Below are positions 15,001 through 29,317 of a stretch of 64,000 bases of DNA, in pieces (the stretch's first letter is position 1; every line of letters starts with the position of its first letter). The translations under genes and the position numbers were made by a program. This stretch comes from Hydrolagus colliei (Eukaryota): NCBI GenBank assembly GCA_035084275.1, contig CM068764.1, forward strand, positions 7,936,001-8,000,000, written 5' to 3'. Under the pieces are notes generated by a model. The model did not search any database and was not told the DNA's origin. It worked only from the letters and a program-made list of their open reading frames with translations.

Positions 15001-18000
15001 AGACTGACAATGATCGATGTAGGTTTGAAGTGACTTACTTATACAAGGAAACGTGTCAAAAGGCCCAGTCCTTGATTCCTTATTGCCCGTTTTCTCATCT
15101 GGCCCAACATGTGCATGTCGAGAACCAGTCTGCTGACCAAAAAAAAATCTAAAATTAAAACACTGAAAAGTCCCCTAAAACCTCTGTCTCTTTTCAAATA
15201 AATTTTAAGTGGTAAAGAAGTTATATCACCTACAAACAGTGAAGTTAGCAATGGAATCATTTTCAGTCAAAAATAATTCTTGCTTTTGTAAAATCGTAAG
15301 AGATTTTTTTGGGCTGCTAAATATTTCACGCAAGTCTACATGGTGCCAACTTTAGAGATAATATTTTGCTGACTACAGGGGGCTAATTTCTTGTGTAATT
15401 TCTTCCACTTACAAGCATATTTTGGAACCAACTAAGGTCACCTTAAAAAAACAGCACTCCCTTAAACTGAACAAAGCCAAAAGATCCATTCTCCACCATG
15501 ACCCAGCTTGTCTTGTTCACGACCTTAGTTGGACTATGGAAGAATGGAGAATAAGGTAATTCTCAATCAATTCCCTCGGCTTCAGGCCAGCATTGGCAGG
15601 AAGGAGAAAAAAAAATCAAGCAAAGTAAAACCAACCTGAAAATGAATGAAGATCCCCTTCTTTGCACATTTCATACTAAACTCACCCCAAGTTCATCTTC
15701 ATCGTCGAAAAGATTGTCAAGGTCTTTGTATGAGACGACAAGATCAAACTCGTTCATGAGACTGGTGGACGCTGTTCGACTCTGCGATTTGTGTCTATCT
15801 GTAATATCAAATACAGTAAAAGCCCGTTTATCCGGCACCCTCAGGACCTGGCCAATGCCGGTTAAACCTCGTACCGGATATTCGGGCTGCCAGCTGCCGA
15901 AACCCCAAACACAAAATGTTAAAACTTTTTTTTATATAAACTTACCATATTAATTATAGACTAAATAATAACAGAATATTGCATGGATACTTACCAACAA
16001 AGCAATAAATATCGATTACAGTCTATAAACACAGCAGTCAATCACAAAGCAAAGTTCTACAATGGCGGACGGAAGAGTCTTTTTTTCCTCTTAAAGAAGT
16101 ACTCTCGTTTTTTCCTTTCTTTTTTTCCCTACTTCCCTCTCTCTTTCACACACACACTCAGTCAGTCTGGCATCTCAATGTCTTCAAACCCAACCCCCCC
16201 TCTCACTCCTCTAATATTCCATCTAAATTAATCAACTCACCCCCTCTCTGCCCTTCTCTCTCCCACTTCCCTCTCCCCCTCCTCTCTTTCTCCTATAGTC
16301 AATATATTGACTGTATATTTGGGGCGAAGTGCGGCAGTCAATTGCACACAGCAGTGTCCAACAGTCGTGGATTGAAATGATCAATTCTATTATTGTGGTT
16401 ATTTTTTACTTTGAGGGATTATTATTAGACATGTGGAGTAAGGAAACCTGCCCAAGGTTTCGCTCTGACCTGCCTGGATTCAAAACTCAGGTCTCACGCT
16501 TGTAAGGCGAGCACTCTAACCACTGAGCTACAGGACTCCACATAACCCTCATAATGTAGTGAAAGAGATAAATAAGTGTAATAATATAATGCCCATGGAG
16601 ATAGATAGCTGCATAAGCTACAGAAAAAGTTACCCATACCTTGTTTAGTTCCAGAGCTGAATATTGACATTGCATCCTCTCCATTCACTGGTAATGTAGA
16701 GTGCGACATACCAGGACCATCATCATCTCCCTGCAATACACAAAAGATGCAACTTAACACATAATCTATGTCCAGCAAACAGCCAACTGGACAGCAAGAG
16801 CTTAGAGGCTTTCTGGTAAATTCAGGTTGTTAAAGTGAAAAAAAATTAGACACATCAACAAACATTTGGGACATATTTGTGGCTACAACGTAAAACCTAT
16901 AACCTTCAGAGCACAAGACCGTGGCATGTTTATGGTGGTAGGGGGGTATAAATGTGAGCTCATCAAATTCATTTCAAGAGAATGCACTTTACACAGTGGC
17001 AGCCCGAGCTGGAGGGGAAAGCAATGGTGAAGCTACATTCTTAGTTGGCATTAAGGGAAAATAACTTTAAAAAAAATAAATAAACTGCATCCTTGAGGCT
17101 TTTGTAACGTGGCAAAGGAACAAGTGTGCGATTAACAGCAGACCACGATACAGTGCAAAACAAAACAGGATCACAATTGAACTAGGACATGTTTGAGTGC
17201 TTACCGTTTTTTTTTTAGCAAATCTAAACAGATAGATTAAACCTGCGCAGTAATCATTGGACTGGAAAAGATACAGGATTTGCTACTGAAACCCACCTTC
17301 TGCAAGTGTTTCTTTCCCGCGTCTCTCTCGTTGCCCTGCTTGTCCTTCTTATCGGGAAAACTGAAATCCTCATCACCGTCATCAAATGCATATGGATCAA
17401 TTTCCGACTTGGAATCAGATTCCAGATAAAATCCCCTGGAATACTGATTTCTTCTCTGGATGTACCCGTTTACCAAATCCTTCGAAATCTTTAATGGCTT
17501 ATTTGACTGCATAATCAACCTTTAATAACAATTAAAAACAAATTTCACAACTTATTTGGCACAAAAAGAACTAAAATTTGTCCTTTTCCTTTTTGTACTT
17601 AATGTTAAATTGATGGCTATGAATTCCAAAATACAACTGTGTCAGAACAAGGCAATTACCTTGGAACATGATGATTAAACACTTTTTCTATGTAAAGAGC
17701 CAGGAATGAAAACTTGCCCAATAAGACTGTGTCACTATGCCACATTTACCCTTGTTGAACCTGTTATTTTCCCAGCCACATTTCACATTGTTATGCCGTG
17801 GAGAACAGCTTTTCGTCCTTGTATTTGAATGAAATTAATTAGAATTTTCACTGCGTATCACCCCAAGCATAAGGGAACATTACAGTGTGCACTATTTCAA
17901 CAGTCAACATAAACTCCTCCAAAGCACTTTGAGAATCTACCATTGTGTATACAAAACGCAAGAAGGGTTATTAATAGTTTAAATCAATCCATTGAGTTTG

Positions 18001-21000
18001 TTTCTATGTAGTTTCCAGCGATGAGTCAACCAATAATACCGCCATGTTACGTATAAATGGATGTTGCGTTTCTTAGTACGGCTGTTATAAATTACTGAAG
18101 CATCCCCTTAAGTGTTCTATTGAATTGTTCTACCAGCCCACCTGTCTGTGGCTTTGAGACAGAGGTCCGAATGGAGGTTTATTTTAAGCTCCTTAAGAGC
18201 GGCCTGTAGGAGATCAGACATGAAATTTATTCCCTGGGCTGTCAGGATTTCTCCAAGGGATCCCTATGCTAGAGAAGAGTTTGATTAATTCTGTAACCAC
18301 CGCTTTGGCCAGAGCTATAGCACTGGTCACTGCCTGGCAGTATTAGATTAGCTGTGCTGCAATTTATCCCTGGAACCCACATCTCAACAATAATCCAGGT
18401 CCTTCTTGAATACAGCCTTAGTGATCTGAAGCAGAATAATCCCGTTGTAACACAGTTTTTGAGATCATGTAATTAGGCCATGTGTTATAATGGGCCAGTG
18501 ACAAACATGACCACTGAGTTTGCAGATCAACACCGATTTGCCTCTCCTGTGGATGGTCTGGCTTCCTTCACGTAGGCCAGCTGAGATGATCTGACAAGCA
18601 TTTTTTAGATTTAGCAACCAGTTAACATAGCACACAAGGTACAAACAAGGGTTGCCAAGTGGTAACCAAAATCCCAAACTCATTATTGACTGCCCTGAAT
18701 AATAAGCTTCCTTTGTACTCATAAACTAGAAGAATATCAAATAAACATGGCTACACTAAAAAAAACTTGATTCAACACAATTAGACCATTAGTTTATAAA
18801 CAAACTTTTTTAAAAAAATTGTAGTTTTTTTTTAAAAAGCAATAGATAAAATTGAATCGGTTAAAAACATTACAGGCAATTATTCAAATAATCAATTTGT
18901 AAATACTTACTTTGAGACAGACGAAAGTGCATTGTCTTGCTTGTTTGTTGCAGTATAATCCTCCCTATGTTTATCGAATGGCAACTGTGGCGGTACAAAA
19001 TCAGACTCCTTCTCTTTGGGCAGATTGTAACACTTCCAGGTGACCTCAGGATCATCGTGCTCGAACTGCACAACACTGCCACCGTAAGCTGTAGGCTCCA
19101 TTACCTCCGGGAATGGCAATGGAAAAGCCTGGGCTGGGTGAGGTTCAATTCTTTCCTCTGCAGCTTTCGCAGGAAGTAAGGGATCCGGGACAGGAATCTG
19201 GCAGAATGGCTGACTTTGAGGCGTTAATGGATTTTTGAATGCGTCTCCCACGTCTTCTCCCCTTTCACACGGATGAGGGCTCAGCGGCGGTGGCGCTGGC
19301 GAGTTCACGATCTCTGGGATATGTAGCTGTGGGTTTTTTGTTGAGCTAACATCGTTAGGCCTCGTGTGTGGATACCTGTTGTCCTGAGGCCTGATCCCTA
19401 GTCTGTGATTAGCAGAGTCTTGCTCCATTGAAGCGTCATCACACACTGAAGTACGGTGATGAAAAGGAGTGAGCGGCCTTTTCTGCTGTTTCTCTCCCTT
19501 TTCCTGTTTATCATTGATTTTGTGCTTGAGTGCAGTTGGTTGTTGAGGGCCAGGAGGCTGATTCTGGGGAACTCCAGTTCCCCTTTTGTTTTTATGCCTG
19601 CAAGTATATTTACATAATGAAGTCCTTTCATTTTGCAACATCTTGATTTTTATTTTTAGCCAATCCATACAAATGAAGGGAGCAGGGAAGAGGGATTAGA
19701 AAAGTTTCTTTTACATATTAGAGCAGAGAAGGTTGAGGGAAAATCTGATAAGAAGCTCCCAGAGCAATTCAGAAAACATGAAGGTTGAACATTGTTAAGG
19801 ACAAAAACATTTTTTTACTCAAGATTTGAAAAATACTGTACCTTGAACAGCTGCAGTTCACCCTATTTGTAGCTTCAACAAAATCCCAACACATCACTTT
19901 GCAGGTTACATCTTCTTCACCGCCATTGAGACTGGAATACTTTCGCCTACAAACGAATCACATTTACAATAGGTTCAGTAAATACTTTAAACCTTCCGAA
20001 TTGTTTTCTCCTGTATCAACTGCACAAAGTGTCAACCTTGAAAGTAGCTAAATGCTTAAATCTTAATTTAATTACACCTAGCATCAATTCCAGAGATCCC
20101 TCAATTCCTTTGACGTAGTTATCTTCGCTTTGCTCAATAGTTTGTCTGGAGATTTCAAATTATGGGACCATTGCCAACTTCAAGACTGTTTTGAAAACAG
20201 GAAATGGTGCTTTATAATAATCCTTTTTACATCATGAGGAGGTCTCAAAGCATTGTACAGCAAAGCCCAGTATCTATTTTGTAGGCAAATTCATCAGCCA
20301 ATTTGCACACAGCAATGTTTCACAAACAGTGATTCTTTTTGAATAGGATGGCACAATGGGATCTTTAAATGACTGTACCTCAGTGGTTAGAGCACTTGCC
20401 GGCAAGTGAGACACCTGGGTTCGATTCCAGGCAGTGTGAATCTTTGGGCAAGTTTTCTTACTCCACCATAATCCCTCGCCGAAAACAAACAATAATAAAT
20501 TGGTCACTTCAATCCACAACTGTTTGTGGGACAGTATACGAGTGTAATTGTGTTGTTGTTTGGAATCACTTGGTTAACAATGGTGACAGATAAAAGATAA
20601 AAGCTACGGATGTTATTAAATACAAGAGTCAGATCACAACCCTCCGAATTTCTGCCCCACCTTCAAATGTTTGCTTCCAAGTTGTACTCACCTTTTCTGC
20701 GTTCGATTCAGATTGCACTCTTGCCATACCCTCTCCACTACCCGGCTGGCTAATTTTCTAGGTATTTTTCCACCGTGCACAGAACTCTCCATATTGAATC
20801 CCTCTGGCATTGAAGTGAGTTTTGCCCATTTATGGTTGAATTGTACTTCAGCTGAGGGCGGGGAGAGAAAAAAAGACATAGCAGTAAAGTAAGCAATAGA
20901 TAAAAGATGCACTCAGATTTTGACATACACGGGCTTTAACCAGAATATACTGATCCCAGCAGGGAGATTATTTCAGAATTTGTTTTTAGAGAAACAAAAT

Positions 21001-24000
21001 TTAAACCTAGAATTTGGTACTTTCACATTATACTGGAGGGTGGATTTAATGCAAACTTCAGGTCAAAACAACTTGCATTTAACTAGTGCCATTCAAGTAA
21101 GTATATTGCTTATTTTACTGCTTCACAGGGGTCATCATGGACTTTGAGCAAATAAGAAGGCGGTGGGGGGATAAGATGACCAAACGTGCAGTCGGCGAGT
21201 TAGGTTTTAAAGTGGACTTTAAAGATAAGAGGCAAGGCGGAGGGAATAGAGCAGGGAGTTCCAGAGCTTGCGGACGTAATGACTGAAGGCTCGGTCACCA
21301 ATTGTGGCCCAGATGTGGTCAGGTATACGGTCTGACTGAGGCTGAGTAAGAGAGTGGGCAGAGGTGTAGAGTACAGGCTGATCAGAGAGAGGTGTGAAGG
21401 GATTTATATACAATAAAGGACAAGTTCCTTAAAGACAATTCATTTGAAGGTAGGAAACCAGTGGAGCCTTGTAAGGATTGGGATGATGGATGTGTGGATT
21501 TTGGTGCAGGTGAGTTATAAGGAAAAGTGTAGAAAGTTCACATTGACTATAATAATAATTATCCTTGCATTTAATATAGCACTTTTAAGTTAAGTGTCTT
21601 GTGATAATCAAGACAGACTGGTGGGAACGAATGGTAATGCAATATTACCTGCTTCAGTCTCTTCTGGCGATGTGGGTGGAGTCAGAGTCACAGAGGAAAT
21701 GGCAGGATCCCTCACTGGGGCAGGCACTGGATGGGCACTTGAGTAGGCAGCAGTGAAATGGGAGGTCCCAGCAGAGCTGCTCAAGATGACTGTGGCAATA
21801 TCAGGCTGAGGCACCAGCACAAAACAGGCTGGGTACACCATTCTCACACCGGCTGTGAATCAATTTAGTAAAAATGAATAGCCTGAGCAAGCAGCTTTTT
21901 GAAATGTCAGCTCCCCCAGAATCAAACACATTCACTTAGTCCTCGCTTAACACTGCAGTTGTGTTCGCGAAAAGTGCGACATTAAGAAAAACGACATTAA
22001 GCGAACCCGTGCAAGACTACCAGACGTTCAGCCTACACTATCTAGTCAGTTTCCACCCGAACGAACGACGTAATAGAGAAACGTCGCAACGTTAGTTAAA
22101 TTAATATATATTCCCCTTAGTATCAGTAACTTAATAATGGAACAACGTTGACCAAAGCAACGTTAAGTGAGATCTACTGGTAAGTGTTAATCCACACTGT
22201 AAATTTGTTTGAGCCACACCAATGTCTTAACACATGCTGAGACCCATCATCATGCTTAAGAGAATCCAAAGCAAGTTTAGAATTCTCCGCATCCCACCTA
22301 CACGTGGGAATTCCAGGGATAGATTATTGGCGAGGAATGTCCACTTGCTCCCTGGAGAGACCCTTTAATTCCTACTTACCAAGGATGACTTCTACAGCTG
22401 CTATGGAGTCATCATCCCAGTCCATCTCCTCTACTTTGTCACCCGTTTCCTTCAACTTGGACTGTATTGGGTAGAACTGCTTCCATTCTTCGATCAGTTT
22501 GAGAGTCGGAGGGTCAGAAAGCTTGAATGACTGACCAGTCAATGTCCCATTTAATCCAAAAGGACTTAGAATAACTGGGGGAACAAATCAGAAAATGAAA
22601 CGATATTGGTAACTGAGAGATACCTTTTATTTTCAAACTCCAGGTCAAAATTCAGCAGAGACAGAGAGAGGATAAAAGTCTCCCTTAAGAATCATTTGTG
22701 AAATAAAAATGAACAACACCAATAAAAACCTGAGCAATAAACACCGTGGAAAAACTCTGGAGATAAATAGCAGTAAACCACTGGACCAAGTGATCACAGT
22801 TGTACATCTCTTAGCATCTGGTCAAAGAGCCATTTGAGGAATGGAAGCTGCAATGTGGTAAATGGTGCATTTTCAATACATGTGCAGACGTTAATAATAG
22901 TAGGTAATAATCCAATAATTGGCCACATATACAACAGATGCTTGCAATAACAGTTTTGTTCGGAATAAACCGATATTAATCCTACCTTGGAAGGGGTTTG
23001 ATGATCCTTGGGCAGCTGTGACATGTTCTTCACTCAGGCGATACACTGGCTGGTGCTGATTAATCTCAACGCTGGTACAGACATTGCTGTCCCCGTGTAG
23101 AAAGAAAGTGAAGGAACAGGACAAGTGCTCACTGGAGAGAGGGGAGAAAATAATCAGTGAAATTATTATCTTAGTCCACCCGCCCAACGCATGGTCACCT
23201 GCGAGGTACCACTTGGCCACTATTGTTGGGCCTGCTCCCACTGATATGCTCCCTCTAGGTAAGTGATAACATCTACAAACATAGGGTCAACTTCCATACA
23301 TATGAGAATTACATCCACTGTTCTTCCTCCAGCAATGGCACTCCCCAACCCCACCAATATTCTGTCAACTGGCTTGTCAGACGCCAAACACACAAGATGT
23401 GGAACCCTCTCTCCTGCCACCAGGGAAATAAAGCTGGCCGGCAAAGCTATGTGTTACACATCGTCAGTCATTGATCTTTGCAAACGAGGGTGTTTAAGTG
23501 TTCTGGGATGCTAGCCTGTGTGAGGGGCGCTATATAAATGCAAGTTGCTGTCACTGTGGTTGTTAAGTACCTGAGTACCAATATGGCAAATCATTAGATG
23601 TCAGTTACCTACAGATAGATGCTCAATAAAACTCAAAATTCAGGAAACAATCTAGAACGGGGTGGTCATTGCTGGATTTCGGTACATAAAGATCGTTACA
23701 AATCTAAATGCTTTTACAAATCTACAAGCTGTACCCAAGTATAATCCAGGTCCACTTTGAAATTAACCTTGTTGCCATAAGACTCACCTTTTGTTTGCTG
23801 GTTTCGCATCCTTTTCGTACGGTTTCACAAACCATTTTCCAATGCGAACAAAGTTTCTGTTCAACAAGCACCTTGATGGGGAAAAAAAGACGTAAAATCG
23901 CTGATAAAAAAGTAGAAACATTATTTGAGCAAACCTCCCTGGACCCTCTTTCAAATTTGCAACCTTGGCACCTGGTTCAATCTCCAGCTTTCCTTTCTCC

Positions 24001-27000
24001 CTCACATCCTGTCCGTCACCAAGACTGGCTTCCTTCACCTCCGCCTTATCGCTGGCCTGCACTCCATCTCACACCTGCTCCAAATAAAACACACATCCCG
24101 CCGAGTCTTTCGCTAGGCATTCCTTCTTGGTCTCCCTTGCTCCGCCATTCACAAGCTGCAACTTCCCCCAAAACCCCATCCTCACCCACCCACACCCTCA
24201 AACTCCACAAGTCTCATTTCCCAGTATATCAATTTCAAGATTCTCACTCACAAATACATCCACTTATTACTAATCCGCTCCTCCACCCACCCATCCACTC
24301 AGTTGACTTGTTGCTGTAATAGTTAGGAGGTTCCATCTTGATAACAGATGGTCGGTAACAGATGGGACAAGTCAGTTCTGTGGGAGCAGATGTTTTTGAG
24401 TACTGAGACGCACCTCTCCAGCAAGTTGTGGATCGCCTTGAAAAGTAGAGTCCGGCACTCGTAGGACAGTCCTTGCTCCCAGAATCCATCCTCTTCAACT
24501 GAAGAACAAAAGGAAAAGTACACGGTTGAACGCTTCACATTATAAACCTACTTGCTGGGCCAAATGTCATACAACTCTACGCAACTCTTCTTCAACAACA
24601 ACAACAACAACAACAATTTACATTTATATAGCGCCTTTCACGTCGGGAGGACGTCCCAAGGCGCTAGAAGAAGAGAGAAATTGGAAAACATAAAGAGTTC
24701 TCACCTTTGAGTTCATGGTGAATAAGGTCAGCAAAACTAGGCTCTTCCCCCCACCAGAAAATCCAAAGCTCCCGGTGGCCTGGGATCGGGTCCCGTCTCC
24801 AAACACAGAGTACATTGGCCTTCAGGCAGCGGCTAAAGCTGCAGAGAATAGCATCGTCCTCAGCCACCGGGATGACGAGTGGTGTTCCTATAGGGCCTTG
24901 CCATGAATATCGACGCCATTTAATTCCAGTCAGATCAGCCTTAGGGAAAACAAAAAAGAGTTTCAGTTATTCAGAAATAAACTCATTTTTAGTTTCTAAT
25001 ACTGCCAAGTCATTTCCCCTCCCAACCCCCCCCTCCCCCCACCCCCCCTCAATTTAAAGTCAACAAAACAAAGGCCATCCTATTCTGCTCCCAGCAACAA
25101 AACCTCCATCTCAGGAATGCGTCACATTAAACTTCGAAGCTTTTTTTTTTGCTCAAGCTCACAAAGTCAGCATCAAATAGGTATTTGGTTCAACACTCAC
25201 CAGGTGGACGTTAAAGATACCATGGCACTACTCGAACAAGACAAGGGAATTCCTCAAATAAAAATAGTTCTCTGTCTTCATTGCTATTGGTGGGCATGTC
25301 CATGCACAAATTGGTTGCTACTCTTTTTAGACAATAAGCCACTACACTTCTTTTGAAGCTCTTTGAAACGTTTCAGCAACGGGAATCAGTGGAAGTATCT
25401 TAAAATGGATACTGATCGATAAAACCCAGAGGGTGGTGCTACAGGGAATGGTCATCAGGCTGGGAGAATGTCAGCATCACGTTCATGTCGATAAAATTAT
25501 AATTGCCCCCGACACGTCAACAAAAGCATGTCGGACTGTGCAAGAAATATGCTCTCCCTTAAACCTTTCAACAAGTTCCTGTCCCAAGTCCACTTTCTTT
25601 CATTCCTATTTTACTTCAAAATGCTGCTGAGACCTTACGCCTACCGTTCCACATTTTTTTAAAAAAACCATCACGCTTTTGGTCACTTTTTAATAATAAC
25701 AGAAATAAATACGACTAAAACTGAAGTGCACATCTACAAGTATATTGGACACTTTGCACAATTCACTGGAAAAAATGCACAACTTGGCACTGCAGACGTA
25801 GTCACAACATTCCAGCTTTTCACAGCAAGTACAGTGCAACTTTATTCAACAAAATAAGTATATTTCATCTATTATTGCTTTGATACAAGAATGCAAAATG
25901 CTAATAAGCACTCTGGATCCATCAATTGTAAATGAATGCATTTACTATAAATACTTATTGGCAAAGCAAACGGTTAAAAGTTAATGCTAACTTTTCCAGC
26001 TGCTATGGAAAGTACGTGTTCAGCCAAAATCTACATAGAACTCAACATCTGTGAACAACTATATAGTACACTGGGATTAGAATGAACTACAGGTTCCTGG
26101 CTTGACTACATTATGAATGCCAGTATACTCTGGGCAGAGTCCAACATCACACAACTGTAGAAAAGTTGCGCACACTCGCCTCACTGCAGGCCCTCAGATA
26201 AAGTTTGAAAACAGGAAGTCACTGCAAAAAATGTCATTTTGTTTTAGAAAGCCACACATTAAAAACATAAAAGTATCTGTCACAATTCCTGGTTAATTGA
26301 CAACTGTTTATTTCCTAAGAACTCAGCTACTGACCATGTTTCCTCGGTTACTGTGAGAATGAGTTTAAACTGTAAGCAATTTGGAATTTTTCCACAACTC
26401 GGGAGTTTAAAAACTAATTATCCAGTACAGCACTATCGCAAACTGTCAAATAAAATACCACCTTTCCTCCTCTCCCCTTCCAACATTTATTGAAGTTACT
26501 TGAAAAGTATCTATTGAAAAGCCCTTGCACATCAATCACCAAAGACACAAATGCTTTGTTGTTCAAATTTGTGAATTTAAACTTCGAGAATGCTACTACA
26601 TGGTTTGATTTATATAACATTCTTCAAACGGGATAGCATCTGAGCAGTTAACAGTGACAGAGCTTCACACCAAGCCAGAGAGAGATAGAGAGGGGCAGTG
26701 ACTATAGCCATAGTTGAAGAGGAAGGTTTTGGAACCAGTACCTTGGGACATCCTCCTGACGTGAAAGGCGCGATACAAGTATAATTTTGTTGTTGTTCTC
26801 TTCAGTTGTGATGGGGAGATAGTGAAGGGTTTGAGGCAAGGGAGGGGTCACGGTGGACATTTTGAGGCAGAATATGCGTCTTGGGGTGTAAGGGCTAAAA
26901 CTACGACCGTCGATAGTGGAGGTGAATAGTGGAGCGGGCAAGAGAGAACGGAGAACTCTGAGCCAATCAAAAGATTTGACTACTATGAAAAGACACCATA

Positions 27001-28811
27001 AAAGCGATATTGGCAACTACAGTAGATTAATTACCAATTGCAGAATGAGAAGAGTTTCAAGTAGGAATATAGTATTGTTACATTTTAGAGAACACAGCAA
27101 AACGCACACGCAACGCAGCACTTGTAAGTGAAATCACTCATCGGTCCGATACAGCTCGAGAACAATCTTGGGTCTCAAGGTAAGGAAGCAGACTTCATTC
27201 ACCACTACTATTGCTGTGCATAGCTTGAACTCAAAGGCGGTACTTGCTACAATACTCGTCAGGACCCAACTTGTTGCAACAACATAAGATTCCTGACGCG
27301 AGCCTTTTTGAAAGCTGATCCGACATTCCCATGGCACTAAAATATTTTTCGGGAATTTTGTGGCAACAAAGTTCCCCCCAAGGCCCGAATATTATTAGTT
27401 TGTTGAAACGATTTGTACATTAGGTTGATAAACTCAGCCAGACTGCTAGGCAGAGTACTGCACAGGATAACGATATTTAATCTCAGAAAGTTAGGGTGCG
27501 GTGAGAAAAGCTAGATAACAATTCTACATGAAGTCTGCGGTCTACACTCTCACAATTCCTCTCTAGTTCCTTCTGAGCATTTACTGAAATCTGTAAGGTG
27601 GTGAAGCTCAAGACTACTTTCTCATCTCTCTTTTTTTTTAAAAAGTACCCATTAGCTAATGATTTGTTTTAAACAAAAGTAGAAAGATCCAGGTTCCAAC
27701 TCATCCGAAGGGAGGAAAAAAAAATGTTTCTGTCAACAGGATGAAACCATAGTATACCTAGAAATTCATCAGTTCCCAGGAGAAAAATTCCCAAACTTGC
27801 GGAAGAAATTAAACGGATTTCTTCCACGCCGAACTTGAAACCATTATTTTTAAAAAATATTAAAATGAACATTGGGTAACGTGCAACTTAAAAAATAGCA
27901 GGAAAAAAAATGGTGCATTAAAAAGTTAAGTTACATGGACTTTCCCCTACAACTTTCCACTTCCTCCATTTAAAAACCTTTCAATCCCCCCACCCCCACC
28001 GTCCCCCATCCCCCCAAAACACACAAGAAAAACACAAATCCTAAAACCCTCAGATTACAGGAAACCGAGGCACTTTATTCTCTACCCCCCAAAAAAAGAC
28101 AGCTGGAGCTCTCATTTTGAAACCCTGTTTCTTTTTTTTCTCCCCCTTCTTTGGGACGTCTCCCTGACGTGAAAGGCGACATACAAAGTATGATTTTGTT
28201 GTTGCGTTTTTTTATATTAAAAAAACTTTTTAAAATAATTTCTCCGGGTTGAGGGAAGGAGAGAGGCTTTAACCACTCTCTCTATCTCTCTCTCTATATA
28301 TATATATATATATACCGTATATAAAAACAGTGCAAATTTCGCTGGCCGCACATTGACTAGGGTTATATATTTCGAAATATAAAATCTGCCTCTTTTTCAT
28401 TGAAATGCTAAACTATATGGTTAAATGGAGGGATTCACTCCTCCTTCAAGGGAAGCTTGATATATATATATACACACACACACACACAGTATATATTTTT
28501 TTACACACACAGTCACAAACGGTTTCGTTTCTGGCTGGCTGACTGACTGACTGACTCACTCGGGAAGTCATTAGCTGAACTCCCCCCCCCCACCCCCCCC
28601 CAACACACAAAAAAACAACAGAACACCCTCAAACTTATCTCAGGTTGTTTCCCGATCAACTCTCCCACACCCCACCAAAAAAAAGAAAACTTTTTTTTAA
28701 TATAACTTCAAATCCCATCGTCCCCACCAGAAAAAAAAATGGGTGGGGAACAGAGGGGAGGAATTCAATCGCAAGAGTTTGGGTTCCTATATGGCCGGCC
28801 TATGGATCAAG

Positions 28812-28854
<43 letters not shown>

Positions 28855-29282
28855 CTACACATATATATTTTTTGGATTGTTATTTTCTCCCCCCCCCTTC
28901 CAAAATAAAACACTCCACTCCCTTTTCATTTAAACGTCCCGAGCCCGAAGAGCCATCGATTGGAGAGACGCTTCTAGTCACCAAACTTATGGCTTCCACC
29001 ACAGGCTTGTCTTTTGAGGGAGAGGGAGAGAGAGTGAGTCAGGGAGGGAGGGAGGGAGGGGGAGAGGGTGAGGAGATAGGTGTGGGAGAGAGAGAGAGAG
29101 AGAGAGAAAAGAGGCGTGAGTCTTGACGCCGGCTCCTCACTCTCACCGTCGTCTCACGGCCGCCGCCTGAGGGAAAGGCCGTGGATTGAAGATGGCTGCG
29201 GGCCCGCTCTCTCTCTCTCTCTCTCTACGTCTGTCTCTCTCCTCTCTCTCTCTGTCGCCTCACTCCCCTTCTCCTCCCCTCA

Positions 29283-29317
<35 letters not shown>

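Noticed and set aside
23708-24319. 203-aa plus-strand ORF inside MED13
   Set aside because: It overlaps the antisense of exon 4 and a decayed L2-like fragment; no coherent protein.
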